Source: Eubacteriales bacterium (GTDB lineage Bacteria > Bacillota > Clostridia > Oscillospirales > CAG-272). From it: a stretch of DNA of 35,962 nt. A program made the translations under genes and the position numbers. Location: contig JAZRLJ010000137.1 of NCBI GenBank assembly GCA_045646755.1, positions 1 to 35,962 on the forward strand. The letters are read 5' to 3'. This document shows, in pieces, positions 16,653-26,800 of the stretch. The notes below the pieces were generated by a model, which was given only the letters and a program-made list of their open reading frames with translations, ran no database searches and was not told the origin of the DNA. Within the stretch, counting starts at the first letter, position 1. Every line of letters begins with the position of its first letter.

Positions 16653-18143
16653 ATGGCGACTTATTTCAACGAACCCTCCCATACCTTCAGTGAGTATCTT
16701 CTTATCCCGGGATACACCGATGAAAGATGCATTCCCGCAAACGTTACTCTTCGTACCCCTCTCGTAAAGTACAGAAAGGGCAAGGAAGAATGTCCTCTTA
16801 TGATGAACATTCCTATGACCAGCGCAATAATGCAGTCCGTTTCCGACGATAATATGGCTATAGCTCTCGCTAAAGAGGGCGGCGTATCCTTTATTTACGG
16901 CAACCAGTCTATCGAAGACGAGGCAGCTATGGTAGCAAGAGTAAAGGGATATAAGGCAGGATTTGTAGTAAGCGACTCCAACCTCACCCCCGACGATACT
17001 CTCGCCGAGGTTCTCAAGCTCGTTGAGCTTAACGGTCACAACACTATGGCTGTTACCGACGACGGAACTGCAAACGGCAAGCTTCTCGGTATCGTTACCG
17101 GCAGAGATTACCGTATCTCCCGTATGTCTACCGACGAGAAGGTTTCTTCCTTTATGACTCCCCTTGAAAAGCTCGTTACCGCTCCCGAGGGAACTACCCT
17201 TAAGGAAGCTAACGATATAATCTGGGACAACAAGCTTAATTCTCTTCCTATCGTTGATAAGAACGGAAATCTCAAATATTTCGTATTCCGCAAGGACTAC
17301 TCTCAGCATAAGGAAAATCCCCAGGAGCTTCTTGACGAAAACAAGAGCTACATCGTAGGCGCAGGTATCAACACCCGTGACTATGAGAAGAGAATTCCCG
17401 CTCTCGTTGAAGCAGGCGCAGACGTACTCTGCATAGACTCCTCCGAGGGATACACTATATGGCAGAAGAGAACCATTGACTTCGTAAGAGAAAAGTACGG
17501 CGACACCGTCAAGATCGGCGCAGGTAACATAGTTGACCGCGAAGGCTTCCGCTTCCTTGCTGACGCAGGAGCTGACTTCATTAAGATCGGTATCGGCGGA
17601 GGCTCTATCTGTATCACCCGTGAGACCAAGGGTATCGGACGCGGACAGGCAAGCGCAGTTATTGAGGTTGCCGAGGCTCGTGACGAGTACTTTAAGGAAA
17701 CGGGTATCTACATTCCCATCTGCTCTGACGGCGGTATCGTTCACGACTATCACATGACTCTCGCTCTTGCAATGGGCGCAGACTTCATGATGCTCGGAAG
17801 ATACTTTGCAAGATTTGACGAGAGCCCCACACCCAAAATCCTCATTAACGGTCAGTACGTTAAGGAATACTGGGGCGAAGGCTCTAACAGAGCAAGAAAC
17901 TGGCAGAGATATGACCTCGGCGGTAAGGCTAAGCTTTCCTTCGAGGAGGGCGTAGACTCATATGTAACCTACGCAGGTGCTCTTCACGACAACGTTGAGA
18001 AATCACTTTACAAGGTTAAGTCCACTATGTGCAACTGCGGTGCAATCACCATCGAGGAGCTTCAGGAAAAGGCGAAGATAACCCTCGTATCCGCGACCAG
18101 TATCGTAGAGGGCGGATACCACGACGTTATGCTTAAAAAGTAA
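16653..18143 (+). CDS. guaB: Inosine-5'-monophosphate dehydrogenase with CBS pair
   Basis: [13 protein letters not shown] catalytic Cys loop, [13 protein letters not shown] and KEYWGEGS motifs, plus CBS domains. Confidence 0.97.
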   Translation: MATYFNEPSHTFSEYLLIPGYTDERCIPANVTLRTPLVKYRKGKEECPLMMNIPMTSAIMQSVSDDNMAIALAKEGGVSFIYGNQSIEDEAAMVARVKGYKAGFVVSDSNLTPDDTLAEVLKLVELNGHNTMAVTDDGTANGKLLGIVTGRDYRISRMSTDEKVSSFMTPLEKLVTAPEGTTLKEANDIIWDNKLNSLPIVDKNGNLKYFVFRKDYSQHKENPQELLDENKSYIVGAGINTRDYEKRIPALVEAGADVLCIDSSEGYTIWQKRTIDFVREKYGDTVKIGAGNIVDREGFRFLADAGADFIKIGIGGGSICITRETKGIGRGQASAVIEVAEARDEYFKETGIYIPICSDGGIVHDYHMTLALAMGADFMMLGRYFARFDESPTPKILINGQYVKEYWGEGSNRARNWQRYDLGGKAKLSFEEGVDSYVTYAGALHDNVEKSLYKVKSTMCNCGAITIEELQEKAKITLVSATSIVEGGYHDVMLKK

Positions 18144-18177
18144 TTTTTTCACTAAAAGCAACAGAAAGGAGAAGGCT

Positions 18178-19185
18178 ATGAGCCAACTTTACGTACCAAA
18201 GGACTATGCGCCAAGGCTTGACGTTTACAGAACGCAAAAGGCGATAGCCTTTATAAAGAGAACCTTTCAGGACAGACTTGCGGCAGCTCTCAATTTAAAG
18301 AGAGTTTCCGCACCTCTCTTCGTAACCGAATCCTCGGGTCTTAACGACAACCTGAACGGATACGAGCGTCCCGTAAGTTTCGATATACCCGCAGTGGGTG
18401 AATCGGCAGAGGTCGTTCACTCTCTTGCAAAATGGAAGCGCCTCGCGCTTAAAAACTATCACTTCTACGTAGGGAACGGTCTTTACACCGATATGAATGC
18501 TATAAGACGCGACGAAGAGCTTGATAACATTCATTCCATCTACGTTGACCAGTGGGACTGGGAAAAGGTAATAAGCCGAGAGGACAGAACTATCGACTAC
18601 CTTATTGATACCGTAGAGAAAATCGTGGGTGTTATATGCGATACAAACGAGCTTCTCAAGGTTGACTTTCCAGAGCTTGATGCTAAGATTTCGAGAAAGG
18701 TCAAGGCAATAACCACAGAAGAGCTTCTTGAAATGTATCCTAATATGACCGCCAAGGAGAGAGAAAATGCGGTAGCCAAGGAATACGGCACCGTTCTTCT
18801 TATGAAGATAGGCGGCGCTCTTAAAAACGGAAAGCCTCATGACGGAAGAGCCCCCGACTATGACGACTGGGAGCTTAACGGAGATATTCTCTTCTACAAC
18901 GAGGTGCTTGACAGAGCGTTTGAGATTTCCTCTATGGGAATCCGCGTAGACGAAGAATCTCTTGCGCGCCAGCTGAAGATAAGCGGTTGCGAGGACAGAA
19001 GCGCGCTCCCCTTCCATAAGATGCTTCTTGACGGCGAGCTTCCCCTCACTATAGGCGGTGGCATCGGTCAGTCCAGACTCTGTATGCTTATGATGGGCGC
19101 AGCTCACATCGGCGAGGTGCAGTCTTCCATCTGGGATAAGGACACAATAGAAAATTGCAAAAAGGCAGGAATAAGACTGCTATAA
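18178..19185 (+). CDS. asnA: Aspartate--ammonia ligase (asparagine synthetase A)
   Basis: EVVHSLAKWKR, HSIYVDQWDWEK, HDGRAPDYDDW, EISSMGIRVD and TIGGGIGQSRL motifs. Confidence 0.98.
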   Translation: MSQLYVPKDYAPRLDVYRTQKAIAFIKRTFQDRLAAALNLKRVSAPLFVTESSGLNDNLNGYERPVSFDIPAVGESAEVVHSLAKWKRLALKNYHFYVGNGLYTDMNAIRRDEELDNIHSIYVDQWDWEKVISREDRTIDYLIDTVEKIVGVICDTNELLKVDFPELDAKISRKVKAITTEELLEMYPNMTAKERENAVAKEYGTVLLMKIGGALKNGKPHDGRAPDYDDWELNGDILFYNEVLDRAFEISSMGIRVDEESLARQLKISGCEDRSALPFHKMLLDGELPLTIGGGIGQSRLCMLMMGAAHIGEVQSSIWDKDTIENCKKAGIRLL

Positions 19186-19200
19186 AAATTTTAGGCTTTC

Positions 19201-19381
19201 TCATTAAGTAATGGAACAGAACCTTGGGGCGAACGGATTTAGAGCAGAAATTGTCGTTCTCCTCCCCGAAGGTGTATAAACCACCGAGAGGAAGGAAACG
19301 GCAAAAGAATAAAAAACTTTAATAAAAAGAGGAAAACCATAGGTTTTCGACCTCAGCTTTCCTAAAATTTGTACTAAATGA
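19201..19381 (+). ncRNA. Candidate 6S-like RNA (~180-nt irregular rod with central bubble)
   Basis: Nested pairings: 19201-10 with 19372-81, 19224-33 with 19346-56, 19251-58 with 19297-304, and an apical GGTG/CACC stem. A-rich unpaired region at 19305-19330. G-U pairs favour the + strand. Immediately followed by a terminator. Confidence 0.5.
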
Positions 19382-19383
19382 TG

Positions 19384-19420
19384 GAGAGGCACTGTGTTTT
19401 TCACAGTGCCTCTCGTTTTT
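19384..19420 (+). terminator. Rho-independent terminator
   Basis: GAGAGGCACTGTG-ttttt-CACAGTGCCTCTC 13-bp stem followed by GTTTTTT. Confidence 0.9.
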
Positions 19421-19453
19421 TATTCGGTTATGCCTAAATGCGACAGTCCCTTT

Positions 19454-21154
19454 TTATTTCTTAGTATTCATTTCAATGATTTTACGGGTTCCATAATATC
19501 TGTATACCTCTTCCTCAAAATAATCCTCGTCATAATAATCGTCGATTTCACTCTTAAGAATATCAAGTTCCGCTTTATAAGCGGCATCATCAAGAGTTGA
19601 GAACTTTTCACTGTTGGATTCGATATAGTAATCAAGTATATCGTTGTAAAGAAGCGCGCGTATACTTGCATACTCTTCGTCTGTAGGAAGTATATTTTCT
19701 TCCCTTATTATATAATAGAAGATAAGATTCTGAGTTAAATCCCATTCAGCAAGCTCACGAATAGCGCCCTTCCAGTCAGAATTTGAGGAAAGTCCCATTC
19801 CGTAGGTTTCGTTAAGGTAAGCTATAGCCAGAGAATCAAGAGTTTCGTAATACTGAGAATAATATCCGCTGTTATAAAGCGACTGTATTCTTGAATAATA
19901 TGAATCGTAATACGATTCAAGCGTTTTGCTCGGAAGCTTGATTATCTTAACATTACCCATAAGGTGATCCCACATTTTATTAGTGAGAAGCTGAACGTTG
20001 GTATCTTCAATTTCCTCCTTGGTGTCAGCAAAAATCTTAGCCTTATATCTTTCAGCAAGAGTGCTTCCGGGATAAGAGGAATAGTCAGACACTCTCACCT
20101 TAACCTTCTCGGTAAGAATGGTGTCGTCAAATTCAGGTACGTCGTAGCTACACGCACTGCTGACGAAAACGTCGAAATAAGCATCAACTCCTCTGAGACT
20201 CTCTTCACCGTAGTTTGCAGGGAATCTTACCTGTATAGTAATGGGAGTGGACTCCGTGCCTCTGGTGACGAAAGAAACCTGAATATCAGAATAAACGGTT
20301 TCGGTTGAATGTCCGGTCTTTCTTACGGTGAAAGGCTCAAGCTCCTCACCTATAGCCTTACCTATAAGATAGGAAGAAAAGCCGTCGCCGTAAAGCTCGT
20401 CTATATAAGAAAGACTAAGGTCTATTCTCTCGTTTTCAATAAGCTCACTGTTTCCGTCCTCGCCGATAACGCTGTAAGTAAGATATACAATGTCTCCTGC
20501 CATAACGGTGCTCTGTCTTATCTTATCGACAACCGAATACGCACCGGGCACTATTCCGACAAGCGACTCGCCGAATCCGGGGATAAAGCTGCCACTGGAG
20601 TTTCCGGTGCTCTCGTCTATAATCTTACCCGTTCCAACCTCGAGAAGGGTAGTTTTATCGGGAATGTTAGACGAGCCCGCAAAATCCTTCTGTCTGCCGT
20701 TTTCATCTACGGTATAGCCTCTGTAGTATATGTATACCGTATCGCCAACAGAAAGCGGTCTTGCCTTATCATAAGCGCCGTTAAGCTCCTTGTTAAGCGT
20801 CTTATAATTTGTGAGAAGCATATTTATCTTGCGGTCTACAATCTTCTGCACAGCAGAGTCAGACGTATCGTCTAGCGGAATGTTAAAATCTATTCCCTTA
20901 TAATCCTCTGCGGAAATCTCTATATATTTCGTAAGGTCTGCCTTAAGAAGATTTGGGTTACTAGTGCCCTTTGAAAGAACTACGGCACCGATTATTATTC
21001 CGCTTACGATAATCGCCGCAACGGTAACCGCTATAAGAATGATTATCTGCTTTCTGGTAAGCTTTTCCTTTTCCTTCTTAGGCTTCGCCTTTACGTTTTT
21101 TACTCCGTTGCCCACCTTTGCTGTGGGCTTCTTGTTTGATTTTTTATTTGCCAT
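19454..21154 (-). CDS. Membrane-anchored trigger factor-like protein (FKBP PPIase + TF C-terminal-like domain)
   Basis: Lys-rich N-terminus plus one TM helix. TF-type FKBP motifs GDTVYIYYRG, SFIPGFGESLVG and VRFPANYGEESLRG..AYFDV, then VPEFDD and helical MWDHLMGNVKIIKLP...IIREENILPTDEEY. No GFRxGKxP ribosome-binding motif. Confidence 0.8.
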   Translation of the reverse strand: MANKKSNKKPTAKVGNGVKNVKAKPKKEKEKLTRKQIIILIAVTVAAIIVSGIIIGAVVLSKGTSNPNLLKADLTKYIEISAEDYKGIDFNIPLDDTSDSAVQKIVDRKINMLLTNYKTLNKELNGAYDKARPLSVGDTVYIYYRGYTVDENGRQKDFAGSSNIPDKTTLLEVGTGKIIDESTGNSSGSFIPGFGESLVGIVPGAYSVVDKIRQSTVMAGDIVYLTYSVIGEDGNSELIENERIDLSLSYIDELYGDGFSSYLIGKAIGEELEPFTVRKTGHSTETVYSDIQVSFVTRGTESTPITIQVRFPANYGEESLRGVDAYFDVFVSSACSYDVPEFDDTILTEKVKVRVSDYSSYPGSTLAERYKAKIFADTKEEIEDTNVQLLTNKMWDHLMGNVKIIKLPSKTLESYYDSYYSRIQSLYNSGYYSQYYETLDSLAIAYLNETYGMGLSSNSDWKGAIRELAEWDLTQNLIFYYIIREENILPTDEEYASIRALLYNDILDYYIESNSEKFSTLDDAAYKAELDILKSEIDDYYDEDYFEEEVYRYYGTRKIIEMNTKK

Positions 21155-21174
21155 ATATGTCTCCGAAAACTTAT

Positions 21175-21606
21175 TTATAGCGAATCGGCATAACCGGTAG
21201 CAAGAGCGTCACATCTCTCGTTATAATCGTGGCCGTTATGCCCCTTTACCCACACGAAGGTAACCTCGTGCATCTCGGTCAAGGAAAAGAGTCTGTCCCA
21301 CAAATCAGGATTCTTTAACTCTTCCTTACCCCTGCGCCAGCCTGCCTTCTGCCAGGAATATACCCAGCCCTGATTATAGGCGTCAACAAGGTATTTAGAA
21401 TCCGAATAGAGCTTCACCTTACAAGGCTCCTTGAGAGCGGAAAGCCCCGCTATCGCAGCCATAAGCTCCATTCTGTTATTGGTAGTTTCCTTTTCTCCGC
21501 CGCTTATCTCTTTTTCATACTTTCCGTATACGAGAATCGCGCCGTATCCGCCCTTGCCGGGATTTCCCCTGCAAGCGCCGTCAGTATAAAGCTCTACTTC
21601 CTTCAT
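21175..21606 (-). CDS. rnhA: Ribonuclease HI
   Basis: [38 protein letters not shown] and [18 protein letters not shown] motifs. Confidence 0.98.
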   Translation of the reverse strand: MKEVELYTDGACRGNPGKGGYGAILVYGKYEKEISGGEKETTNNRMELMAAIAGLSALKEPCKVKLYSDSKYLVDAYNQGWVYSWQKAGWRRGKEELKNPDLWDRLFSLTEMHEVTFVWVKGHNGHDYNERCDALATGYADSL

Positions 21607-21618
21607 TTCTCTACCTTC

Positions 21619-21650
21619 AAAAAGAGGCTGACTCGTTATGGGCCAGCCTC
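21619..21650 (-). terminator. Terminator-like hairpin after the lipoprotein gene, upstream of rnhA
   Basis: GAGGCTG...CAGCCTC stem, followed by TTTTT on the minus strand. Confidence 0.6.
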
Positions 21651-21670
21651 ATTTTATAAACGTCAAATAC

Positions 21671-23683
21671 TTAGTGAGTTACGGTAACCTTAATATAATC
21701 GTTATCGTACTTGTAATTTACGTATCTTGCATCCTCGGTCTTAGTAACCTTCTCAGCCTCAAGAAGCGCATTCATAAGCTTCTCGAACTGAAGTCCGTTA
21801 CGAACCGCGCTCTCACCGTAGTAATACTCGTCAGACTCGTATCCGTTGTTCTTATCCTTCTTATACTCCTTGAATTCCTTATCGGTGTATTCAAGTCCAA
21901 GCTTCTCTGCAATGAAAGTGAACTGAACAACAGGAACAACGGTGGACTCAGCGTATGCTCTGAGCGCTGCCTTAGCATCCTTGTAGCTCTCTACCTTAGC
22001 GTCATAGCACTTTGTAATGTCAGAATTTCCTGCAACCTGATCCTTAAGGAATACCTTGAACGAGCCGTTCTTAACGTAATCGCCGCTCATGTAGTAGCTG
22101 TAGTTAGTTACAGTCTCGCCGTCCTCGTTCTTGATTTCCTTGCCGTTTGCATCCTTAGCGGTGTCGTTATAGAAAGCTTCCTTATAGTTGTTGATAAGCA
22201 TATCGTAAGCCTCTTCAACAGCCTTCTTGGGAGCGCCGGTAACAGCAACGTTCTTCTTTATAATCTCGAATACTTCGGTAGCAATCTTTTCTTTAATGTC
22301 CTTGTTGTATGCGTCCTGAAGCTCGTTATACTTAACGTTCTCGTATCCGGTAACAAGGGTTGCGTTCATACCCTCAACACCTACGAGCTGCTTAATAAGG
22401 GTATCTCTGGTCTTCTTGGCTTCTGCAAGAGCTTTCGTAGCCTCGTCGCGAGCTGTGGTAAGGGACTCACGGTTTTCATCGGTAGCCTTGCTGAGATTGG
22501 TCTCAGCAGTAGTAAGAGCGGTATCCTTTGCGGAAACGTCGCTGAGAGCAGTTACGATCTTATCAACAAGAGCATCGAAGGTAATTGTGCCATCTCCGTC
22601 TGCTATGGTAACAGCAGCAATAGCAGCCTTCTTCTCGTCTTCGGTCTTGTCTGCAATTCCTTTGCCGAGAATATACATATTCTGAGCGATTTCCTTAGTG
22701 AAGTTCTTGCCGTAAACAAAAGAGATAACGTTCTCAGCATTGAACTCGTCAACGGTAGTGTAAGAGCTTGCGTAAACATGGTAAACGAGCTTGCTCTCTT
22801 CAACCTCTTCTTCATGACCGTAAACGTCCTTAACCTTAATCTTGGTAGTAGACTCGGTGTTGGTAAAGGTACCGTACTCCGCACCCTTTATTACGTATTC
22901 AACAACAGCTTCGGTAACCTTCACAGCCTCGTTAACGACAACGCCGTCAATAATGAGTCCGGAATTTGCGGGAACGTTAACAGTATCAGCCGTAACTCCG
23001 ATAGTCTTGTCAGTAAGAGCCTTGTGAATGGGGTTAGCTGCATCAAGCTTTACTATTTCTTTAGTAATGGTGTCTGCCTCTACAACGGTAGAACCGGTCT
23101 TGGTGTACTCTGTCTTGTAGGAGATAACAGCCCACTGACCTGCTACAGGCTTTTCGTTAGCGCTGTTGTTCTGAGAATATGCTTTATTCTCAGTGAACTC
23201 AAATCCGCCATCAACAGCGCTGAGCTCGTCAAACACGTACTTAGAAAGCGCGTTGGTATAAGGAATCTTCTGACCAAGCTGAATCTTAACAGCCTTGGAG
23301 GTCTCCATATAGTCGGGTGCGCTCTGAACGGTAACGGTGATAGCATCGTCGCCCTCGCCAACCGTCTTCGTATAGGTGATGTAGTAGCAATAGTAAACGA
23401 GGTCGTGTGCTCCTACCTTGCCGGACTGCTTCTTGGTACTGTCGCTAACAGCGGAAGCAAGTGCGGAATAGATAGCATCGTGAACCTTATTCTTTCTGGT
23501 TTCTACGCCATCTGTAAAATCTCCGCCCTTAACGGTAATGTCCTTAAGAGCTTCGGCGAGCTTTGCTGCATCGTAGCTTGCGTAATCGTCAAGATTCTCG
23601 TCAAGAAGAGAGCTGGAGCATCCAACAAGAGCGAGAGAGAGCATAACGATTACAAGAATTAAACTGATAATTCTCTTTTTCAT
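21671..23683 (-). CDS. Lipoprotein, divergent trigger factor-like chaperone
   Basis: True start is ATG 23683 (GAGGA RBS): MKKRIISLILVIVMLSLALVGC lipobox, 670 aa. The C-terminus VFEIIKKNVAVTGAPKKAVEEAYD...FIAEKLGLEYTDKEF...YGESAVRNGLQFEKLMNALLE parallels the TF C-terminal domain and the 19454-21154 protein. Confidence 0.65.
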   Translation of the reverse strand: MKKRIISLILVIVMLSLALVGCSSSLLDENLDDYASYDAAKLAEALKDITVKGGDFTDGVETRKNKVHDAIYSALASAVSDSTKKQSGKVGAHDLVYYCYYITYTKTVGEGDDAITVTVQSAPDYMETSKAVKIQLGQKIPYTNALSKYVFDELSAVDGGFEFTENKAYSQNNSANEKPVAGQWAVISYKTEYTKTGSTVVEADTITKEIVKLDAANPIHKALTDKTIGVTADTVNVPANSGLIIDGVVVNEAVKVTEAVVEYVIKGAEYGTFTNTESTTKIKVKDVYGHEEEVEESKLVYHVYASSYTTVDEFNAENVISFVYGKNFTKEIAQNMYILGKGIADKTEDEKKAAIAAVTIADGDGTITFDALVDKIVTALSDVSAKDTALTTAETNLSKATDENRESLTTARDEATKALAEAKKTRDTLIKQLVGVEGMNATLVTGYENVKYNELQDAYNKDIKEKIATEVFEIIKKNVAVTGAPKKAVEEAYDMLINNYKEAFYNDTAKDANGKEIKNEDGETVTNYSYYMSGDYVKNGSFKVFLKDQVAGNSDITKCYDAKVESYKDAKAALRAYAESTVVPVVQFTFIAEKLGLEYTDKEFKEYKKDKNNGYESDEYYYGESAVRNGLQFEKLMNALLEAEKVTKTEDARYVNYKYDNDYIKVTVTH

Positions 23684-23765
23684 TTTGTTTTCCTCTATTG
23701 TAAAATTATTTTTAACACTTTCAGAAAAGCAGGCGAATAACGCCTCTTTTTCATTCGTACAGATT

Positions 23766-23794
23766 ATTATAACACAAATTTCCGAAAAATGCAA
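23766..23794 (-). promoter_or_regulatory. Promoter of the TF-like lipoprotein gene
   Basis: Minus strand TTGCAT-17 nt-TATAAT with extended TG. Confidence 0.65.
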
Positions 23795-23829
23795 ATACTT
23801 TTTTAAAATAATATCATTTGTTTATAGTG

Positions 23830-26800
23830 TTATTTCGACACCTCGGGATAAGCGACGTCCTGATCAACAACCTCTGCGTTAAGAACTGCAAACGCATTTC
23901 CTACGATTCTCTTAAATGCAAGTGTTGATATATAGAAATCGGTTACCTTCTCAGTAGTAACGTTTCCCTTGGCATCTGCCTGATACTGACAAACCATAAT
24001 ACGTCTGTCATCAAGTCTGTAAAACTCGTAAACGTGCAGGTCCGTCGTAGTATTCTCCGCTGTCTCCTGATCGAGCTTTACACTCATTCTCATAAGCAAC
24101 GGTGAATTAAGAGCTTCCTGCTGCTCTGCCATGGTGAGATAACCGCCGTAGCTTGTAGAATATATTCCGCCGACAAGCTCTCTGAAGTATCCTACGCCTG
24201 CGGTGTCGCCGTTAGGGTTAGAGCCGTAAAGAAGGAAACCGGCGCTGTTAAGATGCCTATCCCCGTCTGTTACGAAATATTTTGTATAAAGCAGTGAGAT
24301 ATTTGCAGAACTCTTCTCGCCTCTGAGTTCTGTCAGCTTTGTTAACCTACATCCGCAAGTTTCGGTGTGAACGCGCGTACCGCTCACAAGACACTTTTCT
24401 GTTGCAACCACGTCAAAGGAATTTTCATCCTTGGAGATGTGAGGAATGTAGAACTCGTAATCACCCTTAAGGTCATCCATCAGGAATTCAAACCTCAAAC
24501 TCTCAAGATTATTAATATCGAAAATCATAAGGCTTTTTCTTGCCCAGAATTCGACGAAAGCAGTGTCTTCGTCGACATAATTAAGAAATTTCAATTTCTC
24601 TGCATCAACCTTAGATATTATGTCGTACATATCCGATCCCACGAATCTCACGTACATTCCAAGGTCAGGATCAAACGTCTCGTCGCTTATGAAGAGAGTG
24701 AATCCGAGCTTCTGATACTGGCTATAATCGTCAACCGTCTCGCTCTCTCCGCTATCAATAGATATAACACCTCTGGGGAGCTCGAAATATACGGTGTGAG
24801 TGTAGAGTCCGTATCTATCCTTCATTTCGGGAGTTATGCCGACGGCAACGTTTTCAATACCGACAAGACCGGCGGATGTGTTAGAATTATCAGCTATTCC
24901 GCCCAGCATTTTTACCACGGTCTCGCAGGTAGCAGAGTTTATTGCGTAAAGACTGTTTTTATCAGTCATTTTGTTTTCGTAAATAGACTCGCCGTAGAAG
25001 GAGTCTCTCTCAGACTTATTCTGGAAAGCAAACGCGCTTATAAGCTTAGAGACAACGAAAGCCTTTACCTCCCCGATCTCGTAGGTTATAAAGTCCTGCA
25101 TATACTCGTAGTAAGAGGTATATTCAAAAAGCTTTATACCAAGATTTTTAACCTCTTCCTTCTTAGTAAGGTCCTTGCCTACGAATACCGCTTTCAGCTT
25201 TTCTGCAAAATCACTCGTATCGGTTGCAAAGTTTACAGCACCCGTCTCATATTCGGTCTTAACACCGTTTATATAGAAGCAGTAGCGGTAATAAACCTGA
25301 CATTTATCGGTAACGATATCAACGATCTGTCCTTTTTCGTTGTATATTTCAATTATTTCGTCAACCACGTATTTTACGTTTTTGTTTATTGAATTTTCAG
25401 CAGTATATACAACCGTGAGGTTTATAGGTGAAGAGAGCTCTCCTATTTTGGCTGCTCTTATAGTCGCTGAGTCAATCTTGGTATTTGAAAGGTCAAGAAC
25501 ACCGTGCTGATAAACCTCAGAGGCGCTCTTGCCGTTTATCTTCAGCTTATACTTTACTCTAACGAGATTGTTGTCACCTACTGTAGTTCCAAGAGCGGTC
25601 ACGTCCGCCCCGTCGGTAATTATCGACTCTATCTCGGTTATCTCATAAGTGTAAGTTACGGAAGCGGTATTTTCGTCAAGGTACAGATTCTTTGTATCCG
25701 TATGAAGAGTTACGACTATTTTCTCGCCGAATACACCGATAGTCTGTCCGACGAGCGCCTTGGCAAATTTCTCATATCCGTCCTTTTTAGAGAGGTCTAT
25801 CTCAATCGCGGAAGCTTTGCCCTTATGGTATCCGTCCTCATACTTGTCAAGTTCAGCGTTATACTCCTGGTCAAGAATGAATCTGTCCTTGTCCTTTTCG
25901 TATTCCGTCTTATCAAGTCTTGATTCAACGGGAGTTAAAATCTTGGCAACGGCAATCGCAGTGCTATCCTTTTCTATAGGAGTGCCGACTGCCTCAATCT
26001 TACTATTCTTCCACTGCTTATAATCAGTGGTGAGGTAAGGCTCGTAGGAGGAATCCTCCTCAAGTCCTGCGGAAACGAGTATGGAATTAACGTAGGAATA
26101 AAATCCGAGCATAGCGTAGTTGTAATACTCCGCCATTGAGTTGTATATATACGGTCTGTATTCTATTTTAGTTCCGGATGCACTCTTTGTTTCCTCGGTT
26201 ACCATAAAGTAGTAGCCGAATCCCGTTACGTTTCTGTCACCGATTTTAATGTTTCTGGTAACAGTCTCTTTGTTTTCATTTACGTAATCGAAACTTATAA
26301 CTACCTGCGGATCGTCAAGTCCGAATCCGCGAAGCTGAGACTCTTGCTTCTCTCCCTCTGGCAGAAGGGCAATACGGTCGGTGAAATACGGAAGCTCAAG
26401 AGCTACGCAAAGATAAGTGAGCTTATATATTCTTCCGTATCCGTCGCTCTGTTCTACGGAATAGAGAGATTCGTAGTCAAAGGTAACGTCCTCGTTGGCA
26501 ACCTTGGGATAGTAAATCTTTGTGTTTTTGTCTTTGTCCTCATAGTACAGAACGAACTGTCCGTCAAAGTCATCGTCGCGAACAAGAGCGTAAGAGGTTT
26601 TCGGTGCTTTATCCTCGCCGAAGTAATCCTTGTAGCTTGCCTTGTTGGTTATGATTATTCTCTGAATCTGAGACTCCTGAACTGTCGGATAAGCAATAGG
26701 ATAATTGTTTTCAAGCGACTCTCCCGCAAGAATTTCGGGCGGGTCAGATTTGGGGCTTGAGGAGTTGTCGCCAGACATAATGCTGACGAGTAATATAGCC

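Noticed and set aside
19236-19252. TTTAGAGCAGAAAT resembling a Cas9 repeat/sgRNA scaffold start
   Set aside because: Single short occurrence with no array, anti-repeat or cas gene. Likely chance.
19211-19279. 22-aa ORF MEQNLGANGFRAEIVVLLPEGV and the 66-68-aa ORFs at 19204-19600
   Set aside because: No RBS, and the region is better explained by RNA structure plus a terminator.
21638-23662. 674-aa antisense ORF (similar cases: 12551-13729, 16428-17753, 24367-25392, 18295-19107, 8990-9793)
   Set aside because: The longest ones are in exact codon register with real genes on the opposite strand. They stay open because the sense genes rarely use TTA/CTA/TCA codons. The products are L/S/V/N-rich with no motifs.
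23684-23794. 37-aa N-terminal extension of the lipoprotein in the ORF track
   Set aside because: It overlaps the predicted promoter. The RBS and signal peptide point to ATG 23683.
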